From Anaerolineales bacterium (GTDB lineage: Bacteria > Chloroflexota > Anaerolineae > Anaerolineales > DRKV01), in NCBI GenBank assembly GCA_020061145.1, contig JAGUYX010000160.1, positions 1-53,856 of the forward strand: a DNA stretch of 53,856 nucleotides. Direction: 5' to 3'. Below, in pieces: positions 29,885 to 38,577 of this stretch; positions within the stretch are counted from its first letter, which is position 1; each line of letters starts with the position of its first letter. The notes beneath the pieces are model-generated. The model was not told the DNA's origin and made no database searches. It was given only the letters and a program-made list of their open reading frames with translations. The translations under genes were made by a program, and so were the position numbers.

Positions 29885-29913
29885 TTGACGCGTTTCGCCG
29901 TAGATGTTAGCAT
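29885..29913 (+). promoter_or_regulatory. Promoter of LysM-M23 peptidase 2
   Basis: TTGACG (29885..29890), 17 nt, TAGCAT (29908..29913). It shares CTTGACGC...TGTTA..ATGC with the promoter at 28571. Confidence 0.55.
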
Positions 29914-29934
29914 GCCCACGGAGGCGATCTGCAA

Positions 29935-31206
29935 ATGCCACGCAAACGAGTGGAAAATATCCCGGATACCCCCGAACAAGTGAATTTACCGGAAACGCAA
30001 ACGGATGCGGATCTGATCCCGGTTGCGGAAAATGGGGAGTCTGAGGACCATTCCCCCGGCGAAATAACACCGGTGCCATCACCTGCAACCGGTGGAAATG
30101 GGCGCCGGGTATTAGCAGCCGCAATAAAGGGAATCACTTATGCTCTGCTCGTATTTGTGGTGGTGTTGCTGGCTTTGATTGCCCGCGAACGGATTTTGCA
30201 AGGCCGGGGTGGCGCCGCCGAACCGGCTGTTTTAGAAGCAGAGGCAGCGTTCTCCACTCCGACCGCTGAGGAAGAACATTCTGAGTTTGCTGAGATTGTT
30301 TTACCTCCCCTGGCGCTTGATCAACCGGTTGCTTACCAGGGGATTCCCCGCCTGCCGAATTTGCATACGACCGTCCCAACTCGCCCGCGCGTGGAAGTAA
30401 TTACCTACACCGTGCAAGTGGGCGACACCCTGTTCAGTATTGCCGACAAATTTGGCCTCAAGCCTGAAACTGTCTTATGGGGGAACTTTGAAACCCTGGA
30501 AGATAATCCACACCTGTTGCGTCCTGAGCAGGTTTTGAACATCCTGCCGGTAGACGGCACCTATTATCAATGGGCGGAGGGGGACACCCTGCAGGCCGTG
30601 GCAGAGTTCTTCGACGTTGAGCCACAGGCCATTCTGGAATATCCGGGCAACCGCTTCGACCTGACCGAAACCAGCCTGGAAAACCCGGGGATCGAAGCCG
30701 GCAGGTGGTTAATCATCCCGGGCGGCAAACGGGCGCTTAAAGATTGGGGGCCGCCGGCGATCACCCGCAGCAATCCCGCTTCCGCCAGTTACTATGGCGC
30801 CGGGCACTGCGGCTCAGTATACGAAGGCGCCATTGGCACCAGCACCTTTGTCTGGCCGACCATCTCGCATACCATATCCGGCTACAGCTACAATCCGGGC
30901 GTCCATCCGGCGATTGATATCGCCGGATCAGAAGGAACTCCGGTTTACGCCACCGATAGCGGGGTGATCGTTTATGCCGGGTGGAGTAACTATGGCTACG
31001 GCTACCTGATCGTGATCGATCATGGAAATGGCTGGCAATCCGCTTACGCCCACCTCAGCGCGGTCAGCGTGGGCTGTGGTCAGAGCGTGTTCCAGGGCGG
31101 TACAATTGGGGCGGTGGGTAATACCGGCAATTCTTATGGCGCTCACCTGCACTTCGAGCTGGTCTACGGCGGCGCCAAGCTGAATCCGCTGGATTTCTTA
31201 CCCTGA
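29935..31206 (+). CDS. LysM domain-containing M23 family metallopeptidase, paralog B
   Basis: 423 aa with a TM anchor, LysM YTVQVGDTLFSIADKFG, and motifs HPAIDI and GAHLHFEL. It is collinear with paralog A. Confidence 0.88.
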   Translation: MPRKRVENIPDTPEQVNLPETQTDADLIPVAENGESEDHSPGEITPVPSPATGGNGRRVLAAAIKGITYALLVFVVVLLALIARERILQGRGGAAEPAVLEAEAAFSTPTAEEEHSEFAEIVLPPLALDQPVAYQGIPRLPNLHTTVPTRPRVEVITYTVQVGDTLFSIADKFGLKPETVLWGNFETLEDNPHLLRPEQVLNILPVDGTYYQWAEGDTLQAVAEFFDVEPQAILEYPGNRFDLTETSLENPGIEAGRWLIIPGGKRALKDWGPPAITRSNPASASYYGAGHCGSVYEGAIGTSTFVWPTISHTISGYSYNPGVHPAIDIAGSEGTPVYATDSGVIVYAGWSNYGYGYLIVIDHGNGWQSAYAHLSAVSVGCGQSVFQGGTIGAVGNTGNSYGAHLHFELVYGGAKLNPLDFLP

Positions 31207-31212
31207 ACCGGC

Positions 31213-31530
31213 ATGAGCTTCTTCAAAAAGCTGGTTACCCTGTTTAGTGGCTCGTCTGCTATCCCAACGGAGAGCTATTGGATCGAAGCGCGGTGTAATC
31301 GTTGTGGGGAGACACTGCGGACACGGGTGGATTTGCAACACGACCTGAGCGCCGACTATGACATTGAAGCCGGGGAAACAGGGTATTTCTGCCGCAAACT
31401 CCTGAGCGGGGATGGCAAGAATTTATGTTTCCAGACTATCGAGGTAACTCTGCGCTTTAATGGCAGTCGACAAATCATCAGCCGCGAGATCAGTGGTGGT
31501 ATGTTCAGCGACGAAGCAACATCGGGCTGA
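31213..31530 (+). CDS. Small hypothetical Cys-containing protein
   Basis: 105-aa ORF starting 6 nt after the M23 paralog B stop, with CNRC plus two further Cys. No family recognised. Confidence 0.45.
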   Translation: MSFFKKLVTLFSGSSAIPTESYWIEARCNRCGETLRTRVDLQHDLSADYDIEAGETGYFCRKLLSGDGKNLCFQTIEVTLRFNGSRQIISREISGGMFSDEATSG

Positions 31531-31542
31531 ACCCCAGGTCTG

Positions 31543-32847
31543 TCAGGCAGTCTCCAATCGCGCGGCCAGAAAGGGCACCAGCATTTCGTCGGGGTGCAAA
31601 CCGCCATGCCTGCCCAGCAAGATGTTTTCACCTGCGGCCCACCACAGATACATTTTTCCGGTAGGGATAACAATCAGGTCCCCCAGGCGCTCCAACAGGC
31701 GGGGATGGGGTTTGCCTGTGCCGAATAAACCACTTTCCGCCAGGTAGGCCGCGTCGTTCACCTGGAAACCTCCACGCCAGGTACGCTCGAAATATTCGCG
31801 CACCGCCTCCACCTGACCGGCGCGTGGGAAAAGATACATCAGGCGGTTTTCACCCGTGGGCGGCAGGTGCAACCGCCGGGCGAGAGACACATGCCCGCGC
31901 AGCTCGAAAAACGGGTCCGGATCGGTTTGCAGCATACCATGATCAGCTGCCAGGATCACCATTGTATCTGCACGGCGCTCTGGAGATAGTTGTTCCCAAA
32001 AGTAACGTTCGAATGCCAGAGAAAATTGGCTGAAACCGGAAGCCACATACTCGCTATCAGGCCCATGCCGGTGACCGAAATAATCCAGATCTCCCCAATA
32101 CACCCAACTATACGTTCTTTGCGCCGGGCGGTTTTCCAGCGTCCGGCGAACCCCGATCCACAGGTCAGCAGCAGAGTTGAAGGTATGCACGCGCACCTCC
32201 TTGAACAGCATCTGGGAAAGCCCGGAGCGGGCGATGGTATAGTGCTGGAAGGCATTTACCTGCACGTGGTGAGCGGTCAGGTGTTCGCCCAGGGTGGGGA
32301 AGGATAGATACTCCAGCGGGTTGAAACCGGCATGGCGTAAACTGCCAGCCAGCCCGTCAAAGCTCGCCGGAGCATGCTGGATGGTATTCACCACCATACC
32401 GTATTCTTTCATCCACATTTCATAGCCCATCACGCCGTGTTCGTAAGCGCTGCGCCCGGTCCACAGAGTGGTCAGGGCGGCGCTGGTGGTGCTGGGCACG
32501 ATGGAGGTAAGCGGGGCAAACACGCCTTGCTGCGCCAGCCTGCTCCAGACCGGGGTGGTGCCGTCCGCCATCCAGCGCTGGAGACGTTGGAAGGAGAGGC
32601 TATCCACCAGCACCAGGACCACGTGGCGGAGGTTATCGCCCAGAGGTTCGATCAGGCTGGCATCCAACGAAGCCGAGGCGATCGAGGGAACTCCGAGCAG
32701 GGAACAGACGGTCGCCGGCAGGTTCAGGATCGAAGCTCCCGGATAATTTGGGTAAATGACTTCATTCGAAGCCAATAGAAAACCCGGCAGGCGATATTTA
32801 TACAGTTCCGCTAACTTTTCAGCGGTCAGATCGACCATGGCAGGCAC
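31543..32847 (-). CDS. Alkaline phosphatase superfamily protein (type I phosphodiesterase/nucleotide pyrophosphatase-like)
   Basis: 434 aa with metal/nucleophile-type motifs VLVDSLS, GDLDYFGHRHGPDS and LAADHGM. RBS GGAG. Confidence 0.75.
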   Translation of the reverse strand: MPAMVDLTAEKLAELYKYRLPGFLLASNEVIYPNYPGASILNLPATVCSLLGVPSIASASLDASLIEPLGDNLRHVVLVLVDSLSFQRLQRWMADGTTPVWSRLAQQGVFAPLTSIVPSTTSAALTTLWTGRSAYEHGVMGYEMWMKEYGMVVNTIQHAPASFDGLAGSLRHAGFNPLEYLSFPTLGEHLTAHHVQVNAFQHYTIARSGLSQMLFKEVRVHTFNSAADLWIGVRRTLENRPAQRTYSWVYWGDLDYFGHRHGPDSEYVASGFSQFSLAFERYFWEQLSPERRADTMVILAADHGMLQTDPDPFFELRGHVSLARRLHLPPTGENRLMYLFPRAGQVEAVREYFERTWRGGFQVNDAAYLAESGLFGTGKPHPRLLERLGDLIVIPTGKMYLWWAAGENILLGRHGGLHPDEMLVPFLAARLETA

Positions 32848-32873
32848 TCCTTCCCTTGTTATAATGCAGGCCT

Positions 32874-34346
32874 ATGTTTGCCTATCGTGTAATCTTACCG
32901 CGTCTGCGGATTTCTACTCGTTTCCTGAGTCTTTTACTGACCGGCGTAATCCTGGGTTTGCTGAGCGCTTGCAGCCAGGAAATTTCAGAAAACCGGCTCA
33001 CCCTGACCGCCACGCCCGGCGCCGATCGAACGCCTACCCCCAACAGCCGCACGGTGGGTTCATTAACCCCAACTGGCACACCCATCCCTCTACCTCGCTC
33101 CACGCTGGAAGTCAGCCCTGACGAACTGGATGGGGTAAAAATCGAGGTCTGGTTTTTCCAGCCAGAGGAAGAATTCACCCCTCTGCTGCGCGCCTTCAAC
33201 CAGGACAACCCCTGGGGTATTCAGGTGCTTCCCCGAAAGTTTGGCAATGCCAGTGACCTGGAGCAGGCCTTGCAGACGGTAAGTGAGTCTGATGCCGGGC
33301 CGGTGGTGCTGGGGTATGCCGACCAGCTCAGGCGTTGGTGGGAAGCGGGCATTCTCACCGACCTGAACCACTACGTGCTTGATCCTGACGTAGGTTTAAG
33401 CGCCGCAGAGCAGGGTGATTTTCTGGATATTTTTTGGGGACAGGACGTTGCGGAAACCGGGCGTCTGGGAGTGCCTGCCCGGCGAGAGGCGCGTTTCCTC
33501 GTGTACAACCAGACCTGGGCAACCGAACTGGGATATTCGATGCCCCCAACCAGCCCGGAAAGACTGGAATCTCAGGCCTGTGCAGCCAATGCCCAGAAGA
33601 AAGCCGATAACGAGGTGCAAAATGATGCTTTTGGCGGCTGGCTGGTAGATACCCGCCCGGAGACGCTGCTGGCCTGGTTGCATGCCTTTGATGCCAACCC
33701 TTCCCTGCCCAACGAGAGAGGCTATCGCTTCGATACGCCCCAGGCTGAGGAGGCATTCAGCTATTTAAAAAATTTACTGGATGCGAACTGCGCCTGGGTC
33801 AGCATCGCCCCTTATCAGGATGAACCGTTTGCCCAACGGCAGGCTCTGCTGGCGTCTGCCAGCCTGGTCGACCTGCCCTTCATCGCCGGGGCATTTGAGG
33901 CGGCTTCCAACCCGGATGAGTGGACAACCCTCCCTTTCCCGTCCACCGCTGGCGGCTCGCTGCTGCCGGTGTATGGGCCTTCCTTTGCCCTGCGGGGAGA
34001 CGTCAGTCCCGAAAACCAGCTGGCAGGCTGGCTGTTCATTCGCTGGATGGTTTCTCCCGCCACTCAGGCCTTCTGGACGCGCCTCGACGGGTTCTTTCCG
34101 GTGAACCAGGCAGGGCGGGATTTACTCGCTGACTACGCCGCCGCTCATCCACAATGGTCAGCCGCCTGGGATTTGCTCCCGTATGCTTTCACCGAACCGC
34201 CGCTGGCGAGCTGGGGCGAGGTGCGCTGGATTTTGCAGGATGCCGGCACCCAGGTATTCCGCTCCTATTTCACCCTGGAGCGCATACCGGCCACCCTGGA
34301 AGAATTGGAACGCACTGTCATGGAAATCACCCGGGAGAACCCTTGA
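32874..34346 (+). CDS. ABC-type extracellular solute-binding lipoprotein
   Basis: 490 aa with lipobox LLSACSQ, a Thr/Pro linker and an SBP family 1-like body. Confidence 0.72.
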   Translation: MFAYRVILPRLRISTRFLSLLLTGVILGLLSACSQEISENRLTLTATPGADRTPTPNSRTVGSLTPTGTPIPLPRSTLEVSPDELDGVKIEVWFFQPEEEFTPLLRAFNQDNPWGIQVLPRKFGNASDLEQALQTVSESDAGPVVLGYADQLRRWWEAGILTDLNHYVLDPDVGLSAAEQGDFLDIFWGQDVAETGRLGVPARREARFLVYNQTWATELGYSMPPTSPERLESQACAANAQKKADNEVQNDAFGGWLVDTRPETLLAWLHAFDANPSLPNERGYRFDTPQAEEAFSYLKNLLDANCAWVSIAPYQDEPFAQRQALLASASLVDLPFIAGAFEAASNPDEWTTLPFPSTAGGSLLPVYGPSFALRGDVSPENQLAGWLFIRWMVSPATQAFWTRLDGFFPVNQAGRDLLADYAAAHPQWSAAWDLLPYAFTEPPLASWGEVRWILQDAGTQVFRSYFTLERIPATLEELERTVMEITRENP

Positions 34347-34783
34347 ACGACAACACCTTATCTAAAGTGAGCATTTACACCGATGGCGCCTGCCTGGGCA
34401 ATCCCGGTCCGGGCGGTTGGGCTGCGATATTACGCTCAGGCGAGCATGAAAAGGTGCTCACCGGTTTCGAAAAACAAACCACCAATAACCGTATGGAGCT
34501 GACTGCCGCCATCCAGGCGCTGGAATCGCTCAAACGACCCTGCGAGGTGGAAATTTATACCGATTCGGAATATTTACGCCGGGGAATTACGGAATGGCTG
34601 CCGGCCTGGCGTGCCCGGGGCTGGAAACGTAAAGGGGGCAGCCTGGCCAACGTGGATTTATGGCAGGCGCTGGATGCTGCTGTGAACCGCCACCAGGTGA
34701 AATGGAAATGGGTGCGCGGTCATGCCGGACATGTGCAAAACGAGCGTGTGGATCGGCTGGCGCGCCAGGCAATCCGCGCCTGA
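34343..34783 (+). CDS. rnhA: Ribonuclease HI
   Basis: 146 aa from TTG 34343, which overlaps the SBP stop as TTGA. Motifs present: [40 protein letters not shown]. Confidence 0.9.
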   Translation: MNDNTLSKVSIYTDGACLGNPGPGGWAAILRSGEHEKVLTGFEKQTTNNRMELTAAIQALESLKRPCEVEIYTDSEYLRRGITEWLPAWRARGWKRKGGSLANVDLWQALDAAVNRHQVKWKWVRGHAGHVQNERVDRLARQAIRA

Positions 34784-34805
34784 CCGGAGACAAACGCACC
34801 TGTGG

Positions 34806-36008
34806 TCAAGTGCTGGCGTTTTCCTCGGTTTGCACGAGTGGAGAGGCGCAATACTGGCAATACCGGGCGTCCGCATTATTGGCTTTTCCACAAGCCGCGC
34901 ACAAACGCGCGTTGGCTGCCTCGAGCCGGGGCTCCTTTTTCCTGAACACGCGCAACGGCTGCCTTTTCGATTCCGCCTGACCGGTTTCAAGCTTTGGTTC
35001 TGCACCCTGGGTAGAACCTTTCAGCCGGCGCTGGATCAATTTTCGAGCCAGTTCGCGCCCATTGGCAAACGCCTGCCCATACAAACGACCAATCTGTTCG
35101 CGGTTCATATGGCGGCCCGTGAGATACCATTGGTAGACCACCCGCCCAACCACGTAGGTGCCAGCGTAGGCGATGGCGACCTTAGGCAGGATGCCATAAG
35201 CCGGCACCAGGCCGATCAAGGAGCGGGCTGCCTGCCGCCAGAGAAAACCACTCCCCAGCACGCTGCCAAATTCCGCCAGATACGCCTGCCAGTCCAACGG
35301 CAGGCCAAGCGCCAGACCCAGCCGATATACCAGAAAAGCCTGGGCTTTAGTCAACACCACCATATCGGTCACGTTCAATGGCACATTGACCACCGGGATG
35401 ATTTCCGCCACTCCGGTAGTCAACGAATACGCCGCGTTGGAGGTGCAGGCATCCTGAATCAACTGGCGGGTAACCAGGCTACGGAAAAACGGGTAATAAC
35501 GCGCCAGCGCCAGAGACCGATCGGCCAGCAAACTCAGTGCCGCAGGCGCCAGTTGTTCCTGTAAAAAGGATAAATCATAAACATCGCCAATAACCCGCCG
35601 GATAAACCGGTTACCCGAGGGGGGAACTATTTTGCGCCCGAGTTCGTTAAGGTCATCAGGCGTGTGCAGCACGATCAGGGCGCGCCTGCCGCCGGTCTGC
35701 CATTCTGCCAGGATGCCCTGGTCGGTAATCTGCTCCAGCTCTGCCTGGTTCAAAACCAGGATGGAAAGATCGACCGGCAAGCTGCCCTGATCCAGGTAAT
35801 TGAGGTGGTTCACCGGAATGGCCGCACTGAATTCCTCGCCAGGACGGTCAGGATCATTCCCAAGCTGGTCGGCCAGGTAGCGGGCTGTGCCGGTATCCGC
35901 GGCGTAAATTACCAGCACCGGGATTTCTTCGGCTTCGGCGCGGATAGGCCGTACATCGATTTCACCAATCAGGTTCAACAGGTTTTTCCAGCTGCTGAGG
36001 CGTGCCAA
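34806..36008 (-). CDS. DUF697-like membrane-associated protein with degenerate GTPase-like N-domain and C-terminal zinc ribbon
   Basis: 400 aa. The central segment VVLTKAQAFLVYRLGLALG...ILPKVAIAYAGTYVVGRV resembles DUF697/YcjF. The C-terminus has CAACGK-x10-CQYC. TTG start with an upstream AAAGGA. Confidence 0.6.
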   Translation of the reverse strand: MARLSSWKNLLNLIGEIDVRPIRAEAEEIPVLVIYAADTGTARYLADQLGNDPDRPGEEFSAAIPVNHLNYLDQGSLPVDLSILVLNQAELEQITDQGILAEWQTGGRRALIVLHTPDDLNELGRKIVPPSGNRFIRRVIGDVYDLSFLQEQLAPAALSLLADRSLALARYYPFFRSLVTRQLIQDACTSNAAYSLTTGVAEIIPVVNVPLNVTDMVVLTKAQAFLVYRLGLALGLPLDWQAYLAEFGSVLGSGFLWRQAARSLIGLVPAYGILPKVAIAYAGTYVVGRVVYQWYLTGRHMNREQIGRLYGQAFANGRELARKLIQRRLKGSTQGAEPKLETGQAESKRQPLRVFRKKEPRLEAANARLCAACGKANNADARYCQYCASPLVQTEENAST

Positions 36009-36079
36009 TTTTGTTCCTTTCCATCAACCCGGCATGAACCCCCATTATACATCGGCGGCCCTGGCGTTGTCCGGCGACC

Positions 36080-36109
36080 TTGAGGCCAAGGTCTCAACCA
36101 TGCTATACT
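36080..36109 (+). promoter_or_regulatory. Candidate promoter for the repeat-protein gene
   Basis: TTGAGG (36080..36085), 18 nt, TATACT (36104..36109). The -35 lies within the imperfect palindrome TTGAGGCCAAGGTCTCAA. Confidence 0.35.
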
Positions 36110-36196
36110 TCCCCTTCGGTGCTTCAGGGGATTGGAAATAAATCTGAAAATCCGTTTCGCTGATTGAAAGCGGAAATAAGAAAAGGAGTAAATCCG

Positions 36197-38485
36197 GTGA
36201 AAACCCGCGACCAACTATCACATAGCGGCTTTTTCGCACGTTGTTTTTCCTTGTTTGCCCTGGCTTTATTGCTGCTTGCCTCACTTCCGGTGATTGCCGC
36301 GCCAGACGAGCCCGAAAACCTCGACCTGATCTCGCTGCACTGGACCACCCAGACGGTGGATTCGTCCGAAAAATATGAACACATGTCCAATCGCAGCCTG
36401 CGGATTGCCGGCAGCGGTCGAGTGGGGGTGGCTTTTGGCGGGCGGAAGTTGTATTACGCCCAACGGGATGGCTCAAGCTATGCGGTGACCACGGTAGACA
36501 GCAGCTATAACGTCGGCTCACACGCCTCGTTAGCCTTTGATTCAGGCAATAATCCGCATATCAGCTATTTTGACGCCACCAACGGCAAATTGAAATACGC
36601 CGCCCGGAACGGCTCGTCCTGGAGCGTGGAAACCGTCCACGCCGCCGGCAGTGGAATTGTCGGGTTATACAGTTCGATCGACCTGGATGGCTACACGCCG
36701 TATATTGTTTTTTACGACGCCACCAACCAGGAACTGGGAATCGTGTACAAGTTGTCCGGGGGTTGGATTAAGGAGGTAATTAACACAGTGGGGGATGCAG
36801 GTAAATATGCCAGCCTGGACATGGTGGGCAATACACCCCATGTCAGTTATTACAACGCCACCGATGACGCCCTGATGTACGCCACAAAAGTCAGCGGCGT
36901 CTGGCAAAACGTGATGGTCGATCGCCGCCTGCCCACCGACCCTGCAGAATGGCGCGGGGTAGGACAGTTCACTTCCCTCATTGTCAATAATTCACAGGCG
37001 CACATCAGTTATTATGACGCCATCCGCGGCGACCTGAAATATGCCCGCGTCCGGCAGGATGGCAGCAATTTTGTGATTGACACCGAGCTGGTGTTGAGTA
37101 TCACCGGACAGAAGGTCGGTTTGTTTACCTCGATTGCCCTCAGTAGCAGCGACCCGTTTATCAGTTTCTTCAATGAAACCACCGATGATCTGATCTATGC
37201 ATATACGACCGACGACGGCTGGAGATTTTCTACGGTGGCTTCAGACGGGCAGACCGGCCTGTATACCTCGCTGGCAATCGACGGCACTACTCCCTACATC
37301 AGTTTTTACGACCTCGAACGCCGGAGGATGCGTGTCGCCCGATTATCCGGGAGCACCTGGGATCTGACCACGCTGCAAACTGCCGGTTATAACGGGCAAT
37401 ATGCCTCCATGCAACTGGACAGCGACGACCGTCCACATATTGCCTATTACGATGATGGCGCCCCAGGTTTACGTTATGCCCGCTGGGATGGCAGCCAGTG
37501 GATTTATTGGATCCTGGAACTCGGCCAATCGAACGGGTTGCATGCCTCGCTGGCGCTGGATAGCAACAACCATCCCCATATCGCCTATTACAATGGCGCT
37601 ACCAACGATCTGCGTTATATTCGCTGGACCGGCTCGGCCTGGACACAAGTGGTGGTGATCGATGAAGATGGCGATGTCGGCAAATGGGCTTCGCTGGCCA
37701 TCGACTCGAACAATTATCCCCATATCAGTTATTACGACGCAGGTCGACGCAACCTGAAATATGCGCGTTACACCGGGTCAGCCTGGGAAACGCAAACGGT
37801 AGACAACACCTTTGACCGGGGTGCCCATACTTCGCTTGCCCTGGACACCTCCAACCAGCCCCATATCACTTATTTTGATGAGGCGAACGACGCCTTGCGT
37901 TATGCCTATCTTTCCGGCGGCGCCTGGCAATATGAGGTGATCGACGAGCAATTCAGCACGGGTCTCTATTCTTCTCTGGAAATGGATGCCGGCAACCGGC
38001 CCCACGTCAGCTACTACGACTTTACCGCCTATGCCGGGTTGACGCCTAACCTGAAATACGCTTATCGCACCGGCCCGGGCCAGTGGACGGTAGAAACCGT
38101 CGATACCAGCCAATCCGCCAACCTGGTTGTGGAAGGCACGGATACCCAATCGCCTGAAACGGTAGATGTGGTTGACGCGGCTGAAACGGTGTTACCCTTT
38201 GGGGTGGGCGCCTACTCTTCACTGGCGCTGGATGTCGACGGTCGCCCGCATATCAGTTATTACGACGCCGATAACCAGGATTTACGCTATGCGGTACGGC
38301 TGGAGGCGGGCTGGTCTACCCGCCCGGTGTTTACCCCCAATGAGGTCGGGTTACACACCAGTCTGGACCTGACCAGCAGCGGCCTGCCGAAAATCGCCTT
38401 CCACGATGCCACGCTGCGCGAATTGAAGCTCGCCACTTCGGCTATTTACGATTATGCCCTCTTCCTGCCGAACGGCTACCGCTAA
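36197..38485 (+). CDS. Secreted 14-repeat protein, probably tandem beta-propellers, unrecognised family
   Basis: GTG 36197 lies 8 nt after AAGGAG. A signal peptide (FSLFALALLLLASLPVIAAP) is followed by 14 units of about 47 aa with consensus SLALDssgxPHISYYDxxxxxLKYAxxxGsxWxxxxVD. Confidence 0.8.
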   Translation: MKTRDQLSHSGFFARCFSLFALALLLLASLPVIAAPDEPENLDLISLHWTTQTVDSSEKYEHMSNRSLRIAGSGRVGVAFGGRKLYYAQRDGSSYAVTTVDSSYNVGSHASLAFDSGNNPHISYFDATNGKLKYAARNGSSWSVETVHAAGSGIVGLYSSIDLDGYTPYIVFYDATNQELGIVYKLSGGWIKEVINTVGDAGKYASLDMVGNTPHVSYYNATDDALMYATKVSGVWQNVMVDRRLPTDPAEWRGVGQFTSLIVNNSQAHISYYDAIRGDLKYARVRQDGSNFVIDTELVLSITGQKVGLFTSIALSSSDPFISFFNETTDDLIYAYTTDDGWRFSTVASDGQTGLYTSLAIDGTTPYISFYDLERRRMRVARLSGSTWDLTTLQTAGYNGQYASMQLDSDDRPHIAYYDDGAPGLRYARWDGSQWIYWILELGQSNGLHASLALDSNNHPHIAYYNGATNDLRYIRWTGSAWTQVVVIDEDGDVGKWASLAIDSNNYPHISYYDAGRRNLKYARYTGSAWETQTVDNTFDRGAHTSLALDTSNQPHITYFDEANDALRYAYLSGGAWQYEVIDEQFSTGLYSSLEMDAGNRPHVSYYDFTAYAGLTPNLKYAYRTGPGQWTVETVDTSQSANLVVEGTDTQSPETVDVVDAAETVLPFGVGAYSSLALDVDGRPHISYYDADNQDLRYAVRLEAGWSTRPVFTPNEVGLHTSLDLTSSGLPKIAFHDATLRELKLATSAIYDYALFLPNGYR

Positions 38486-38523
38486 CAAACCGGGCTTCTG
38501 GATCTGGTTCCCAGCTTAAATCC

Positions 38524-38562
38524 ATCAGGCTTGCCAGAGTGCCGGCAAGCCTGATCTTTTTG
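38524..38562 (+). terminator. Intrinsic terminator after the repeat-protein gene
   Basis: ATCAGGCTTGCC-agagtgcc-GGCAAGCCTGAT followed by CTTTTTGT. Confidence 0.85.
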
Positions 38563-38577
38563 TATTCGAAAATCTAC

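Noticed and set aside
34154-34342. 63-codon extension upstream of RNase HI
   Set aside because: It overlaps the 3' end of the SBP gene. RNase HI homology begins at SIYTDGAC, and a TTG at 34343 overlaps the SBP stop.
34722-35564. Long antisense ORFs inside confirmed genes: 34722..35564, 16151..16930, 38677..39366, 40469..41146, 8341..9042, 2638..3189
   Set aside because: These are typical of GC-rich DNA. They have R/G/P/H/Q-biased composition, no recognisable motifs and no RBS, and each fully overlaps a gene with strong family signatures on the other strand.
36500-38400. Repeat-protein gene as a nucleotide-level tandem repeat, or as a diversity-generating retroelement target
   Set aside because: The repeats are conserved at the protein-motif level only, with just short shared nucleotide strings. 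The window has no reverse transcriptase and no template repeat.
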